This document shows, piece after piece, positions 7,652 through 10,930 of a stretch of DNA of 10,930 nt. The position numbers and the translations under genes are program-made. Origin of the DNA: Candidatus Iainarchaeum sp. (GTDB lineage Archaea; Iainarchaeota; Iainarchaeia; Iainarchaeales; JAGVWC01); contig JAGVWC010000002.1 of the NCBI GenBank assembly GCA_018304465.1, forward strand, positions 1 to 10,930, given 5' to 3'. Each line of letters begins with the position of its first letter. The stretch's first letter is position 1. The notes below the pieces were generated by a model, which did no database searches, was not told the DNA's origin, and worked only from the letters and a program-made list of their open reading frames with translations.

Positions 7652-7677
7652 CCATTCAGAACTTTTTAAACAAACCC

Positions 7678-7686
7678 TGATTCGAA
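7678..7686 (+). repeat. Target-site duplication, right copy (TGATTCGAA)
   Basis: Identical to 6648-6656 and directly abuts the right TIR. It lies 6 nt beyond the stop codon of the 7693 gene. Confidence 0.8.
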
Positions 7687-7692
7687 GCGATT

Positions 7693-8628
7693 TCACGTAA
7701 AACGAGTGAATTCCATCAAAACCAAAAACAGAATCCCGACGGTCCACCAGAAAACCAGCATCAGTACGACAAAATCAACCAGTTTGGATTCGCGTTTGGG
7801 TTGAATCATCAGTCCCCGGTACAAAATCCAAATCAACGCGGGAATCAACAATACAAAACCCGCTCCGATCAAAAACAACAATCGTGTTCCAGGTTCGTTC
7901 GTCCAATCCAGCGAAAAAATCATTAACCCGACAAAAAAAACGGTGACGATCACGGAAAGAACTCCCGCGATTTTTAACGCAAGCGCGGCCTTACGAAACC
8001 ACGCGAACAAACCCGCGAAGGCCAGCGGAAGAATGATCAACAAAAGCACGATCCAGCTCAGTTCCACCAGCGCTTCTTCGTGTCTTTTTTGAATTTCGAT
8101 GCGTCCAATTTCATCTCTGTGTTCCACTAATTGCGCGACGGAACCTACAAACAAAGGCACTTCTTCCTCGGATTCTTGTGAAAGCAGCATGGAACAACAC
8201 GTTTCTTCAACGCATGCCCGGGCACAAGGTGCCGTTCGGCCGTTGACATCCGGAAACACATTTTCTTTCGAACAGCGCGCCGTAATGGCAAAAAAAACCG
8301 ATCGTTCGCTTCGATACACCAACACATAATCTTCTTCCGTTGTCAGTAAACCTGTCTGGTTTTTTTCGTCCTGAAAAAAACAAATGTCTTGGTTTTGATC
8401 CATCAAGCCGTTTCGAGAAACGGTTTCCAACACCAATGGCCAAACCCAACGGTTATGCTCCTGGTTTGAATCCAGCTTCGCTTGATACACCAGACTGTCG
8501 ATTCCAATACCCAATCCCATCGGCATCATGTCGGGGATTGATTCTTCGACACGGTCCAATACTCCCTGTCCCGTCACGGTACCGCTTGCAAACAAAATCA
8601 AACACAAAAAAATGGCCGTTTTTTGCAT
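7693..8628 (-). CDS. Hypothetical membrane protein: signal peptide, Cys-rich extracellular domain, about 4 C-terminal TM helices
   Basis: ATG 8628 is preceded by GGGGT. MQKTAIFLCLILFASGTVTG is signal-like, CARACVEETCC forms a Cys cluster, and four hydrophobic segments occupy the C-terminal third. Confidence 0.82.
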   Translation of the reverse strand: MQKTAIFLCLILFASGTVTGQGVLDRVEESIPDMMPMGLGIGIDSLVYQAKLDSNQEHNRWVWPLVLETVSRNGLMDQNQDICFFQDEKNQTGLLTTEEDYVLVYRSERSVFFAITARCSKENVFPDVNGRTAPCARACVEETCCSMLLSQESEEEVPLFVGSVAQLVEHRDEIGRIEIQKRHEEALVELSWIVLLLIILPLAFAGLFAWFRKAALALKIAGVLSVIVTVFFVGLMIFSLDWTNEPGTRLLFLIGAGFVLLIPALIWILYRGLMIQPKRESKLVDFVVLMLVFWWTVGILFLVLMEFTRFT

Positions 8629-8744
8629 GAAAACCCCATATTTTTCCGTGTTTATATGCATTTCGCTTTGATTCGGCGGATTTTTGGGTTTTGGTGCAAA
8701 GCCTTTTTTATTCCTTTAGCGCTGTCTTCTGTGAGGAATACAAA

Positions 8745-9407
8745 ATGCCCAATGAAGCGATTATTTCCAGTTTCCAAACTTTTAACCAAAAGTTCCCCCA
8801 ACTGGTGCAAACCCAAAAAGAATCCAAGCGCCTGATTGCCCTAAAACGCTATTTTGAACAAAAAATGGTGATTTCGCTTGGAACCATTCCCAAAGGCGAC
8901 GAATGGCCTGAAATCGTTTACCCCACCAAAATGAAACTGCGCAAAGACATGGATCGCTTGGAAAAAATGAAAGGCGATTTGTCCAAACGCCAAAACGACT
9001 GGCAAATGACTTTAACCAAAGCCAAACTTGAAGGCATTACCACGCAAGTCAAAAAATTTTCCGAACCCGCGTACTGGAAACACCTTTCCAAACTGGTCAC
9101 AGACGCGGATTACCGAAAAGACGCCGAAAGCGTCAATCTGCCGGTTCACTTGGTCAGCCACAAGCGCTACAAGCCCATGGTGGAAATGTTCGTCAACAAC
9201 CTTGATTACCGAAAACAACTCACCGAAACCGTTCAAAACTCGGTCGTATACCGGGACAACAAACAACTCGGACGCTACGCCGGCGAATTACAAGCACTTC
9301 GAACCCAACAAAGCCAGAAGACCCTCACACAAACCAAAAAATCGATTTCCGAAATCGACGCCGACATTTCGATGTACCGCGAACTCATGAGCTGGGCGAA
9401 GAAATAA
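8745..9407 (+). CDS. Hypothetical helical/coiled-coil protein (220 aa)
   Basis: ATG 8745 is preceded by GAGGA. Heptad-like K/Q/E-rich segments flank a duplicated DYRK motif. Confidence 0.85.
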   Translation: MPNEAIISSFQTFNQKFPQLVQTQKESKRLIALKRYFEQKMVISLGTIPKGDEWPEIVYPTKMKLRKDMDRLEKMKGDLSKRQNDWQMTLTKAKLEGITTQVKKFSEPAYWKHLSKLVTDADYRKDAESVNLPVHLVSHKRYKPMVEMFVNNLDYRKQLTETVQNSVVYRDNKQLGRYAGELQALRTQQSQKTLTQTKKSISEIDADISMYRELMSWAKK

Positions 9408-9408
9408 T

Positions 9409-10206
9409 TCAACGACGTTTTGGGCGGATCGGTCGAATCCGAACCGTTTTTCGATTTTTTCTTAATTGAATGAGACGCGGTCGGCTCCCACGCACGAAGT
9501 GATCGTTGATTACCGCGAACCCGTTTTTTGCCAGGCTTTTCCGAAGACTCTCTTTGTCCTCCGCTTGGAGTGGCAACGGAAAGCCCGCGGCGGGAATTAC
9601 CAGCACGTCTGCTTTCGAACGATTGAGTGCCACAACATCCGAACACACGCGTAGTTCCACGGTTTTTCCGCCGATTTTCACCCGCGGAAACCGGAACGTC
9701 GCTCCAAGCCACGTGTCCTGCAACTTGGGCGAAACGCTCGGAATGGCTGTTGCCAGTCGGCTGGTGCGTTTTCCGACGTGTTGAATGTCTTTTGCCTCCG
9801 CTCCGTAAAACGCATGCAACCGTGCATCAAAATCAGAAAACGAAAGCTTCGAATATGCCTTCCACTGCACGGGCTTTTGCGGATTGTCGTTAAAAGCATA
9901 GGGCGCAACCAAATACCCTGTGTTTGACAAGCCTTTTCCGGACCCAACTGATTCCATCACCGAGAAAAAAACGAATGCGTTTCCATGCCTATTCAGCATT
10001 GGCTGAACCGACCGGATCCACTCTTTCGTTTCGAAACGCTTGTGACCTGTAGTGGTTGATACCTCCGGGAACACAATGACCAGAGGCGTTTTCGGAAAAA
10101 GCGTCGAAAGCCGCCGAATTTTTTCTGTCAATCCTAAAAAATTCCGCGAGCGCCGATCCACCACCGCAAATCGGATTCCGCGTTTTTCGAGCACAATCAT
10201 TTTCAT
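9409..10206 (-). CDS. Carbon-nitrogen hydrolase (nitrilase superfamily)-like protein, divergent
   Basis: Catalytic triad contexts VIVFPE (Glu), SNTGYLV...YSKL (Lys) and LRVCSD (Cys), followed by ADVLVIPA. The start is probably 10206 or 10200 (GGGAG upstream) rather than 10290. Confidence 0.78.
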   Translation of the reverse strand: MKMIVLEKRGIRFAVVDRRSRNFLGLTEKIRRLSTLFPKTPLVIVFPEVSTTTGHKRFETKEWIRSVQPMLNRHGNAFVFFSVMESVGSGKGLSNTGYLVAPYAFNDNPQKPVQWKAYSKLSFSDFDARLHAFYGAEAKDIQHVGKRTSRLATAIPSVSPKLQDTWLGATFRFPRVKIGGKTVELRVCSDVVALNRSKADVLVIPAAGFPLPLQAEDKESLRKSLAKNGFAVINDHFVRGSRPRLIQLRKNRKTVRIRPIRPKRR

Positions 10207-10299
10207 TGACTCCCGTGAAAAACACTTCCAAACGGAATAAAAAACCACTGGCATTCCGGCCTCGAAAGCTTTTTCTTTTACTCTTTCCATCTGTTTTTC

Positions 10300-10824
10300 A
10301 TGCGCGAAATCGAAGTCAAAATCCTGGAAGTGGACAAAGACGCCGTGATCGAAAAACTCAAAGCCCTCGGCGCCAAAAAAACCTTCGAAGGAAAACTCGA
10401 AAACTATTATTTCGATCTTCCGGACAAATTGTTTTCAAACAACAAAACCGTGTTGCGCTTACGCCGCCAGAAAAACCAATCGATTCTTTGCCTCAAACAA
10501 TCCATTTCAAACATCGGTGCCAAACAAATGCACGAACACGAAACACCCGTTGATTATGCCAAAACCAAAAAACTCCTCACCGAACTCGGATTCGAAATCA
10601 TCGAATCGCTCGAAAAACGACGCGAAACATGGGTGATCGGAAAAATTCATTTTGATTTTGACCGCTACATCGGAAGCAAGAAAAAAATTCCCGAATTCCT
10701 CGAAATCGAAGTCCCTGACACGCGACAACTCTTTTCGATCGCCAAAAAACTCGGGTTCTCCAAAAAAGACCTCAAACCCTGGGGCGCCAACAAACTACTG
10801 CGATATTATGGGATCAAACGCTGA
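10300..10824 (+). CDS. cyaB: CYTH-domain protein (class IV adenylate cyclase CyaB-like / triphosphate tunnel metalloenzyme)
   Basis: ExExK signature REIEVK, plus LRLRR, EKRRETW, FDFD and FLEIE motifs. Confidence 0.92.
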   Translation: MREIEVKILEVDKDAVIEKLKALGAKKTFEGKLENYYFDLPDKLFSNNKTVLRLRRQKNQSILCLKQSISNIGAKQMHEHETPVDYAKTKKLLTELGFEIIESLEKRRETWVIGKIHFDFDRYIGSKKKIPEFLEIEVPDTRQLFSIAKKLGFSKKDLKPWGANKLLRYYGIKR

Positions 10825-10929
10825 TTATTTTTTGAAGTACTCGAATCCGATCGCGCCCAAGGCTAATACAATCACGCTAATTGAGACCCATAAAATCGGA
10901 TCGGATTCCGAAACCGGTTTTAGCTGCTG
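10825..10929 (-). CDS. 3' end of a protein with a C-terminal transmembrane anchor (partial)
   Basis: The minus frame reads QQLKPVSESDPILWVSISVIVLALGAIGFEYFKK-stop: a hydrophobic helix plus basic tail. Its stop abuts the cyaB stop. Confidence 0.65.
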   Translation of the reverse strand, partial: QQLKPVSESDPILWVSISVIVLALGAIGFEYFKK

Positions 10930-10930
10930 C

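Larger units (their letters stand above)
6657..7677. mobile_element. Non-autonomous, cargo-carrying IS-derived element (1021 bp) with 18-bp TIRs and a 9-bp TSD
   Basis: Left end GGCTTTGTTTAAAAAGTT (6657-6674); the right end 7660-7677 reverse-complements to GGGTTTGTTTAAAAAGTT (17/18 match). TGATTCGAA abuts both ends (6648-6656 and 7678-7686). No transposase is recognisable inside. Confidence 0.8.

Noticed and set aside
8095-8145. Peptide GSVAQLVEHR looks like a translated tRNA 5' end
   Set aside because: The DNA (GGTTCCGTCGCGCAATTAGTGGAACAC) lacks the TAGCTCAG D-arm pattern, a GTTCRA T-loop and a matching acceptor stem, and lies in frame within a membrane-protein gene.
10207-10290. Longer N-terminus of the nitrilase-like ORF
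   Set aside because: It would leave only 9 nt for two divergent promoters, and GGGAG precedes the ATGs at 10206/10200.

Overview
Archaeal genomic window. The gene content, Shine-Dalgarno use and compact spacing suggest a DPANN-type lineage such as Iainarchaeota/Diapherotrites or Micrarchaeota, but this is inference. The left half is housekeeping: aCPSF1/FttA beta-CASP ribonuclease (partial, absent from the ORF track), proteasome beta subunit, long FKBP-type PPIase, an internally duplicated membrane-anchored protein and NAC. The right half is accessory: a HAD hydrolase translationally coupled to a phosphoglycosyl-transferase-like protein lacking its membrane helix, a 4-TM Cys-rich protein, a coiled-coil protein, a nitrilase-superfamily protein, a CYTH protein and the 3' end of a C-terminally anchored protein. 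The main discovery is a 1021-bp transposase-free element (6657-7677). It has 18-bp terminal inverted repeats (17/18 match), a perfect 9-bp target-site duplication (TGATTCGAA) and a second internal inverted-repeat pair. It carries one passenger gene encoding a basic protein with tandem (D/E)RR repeats.
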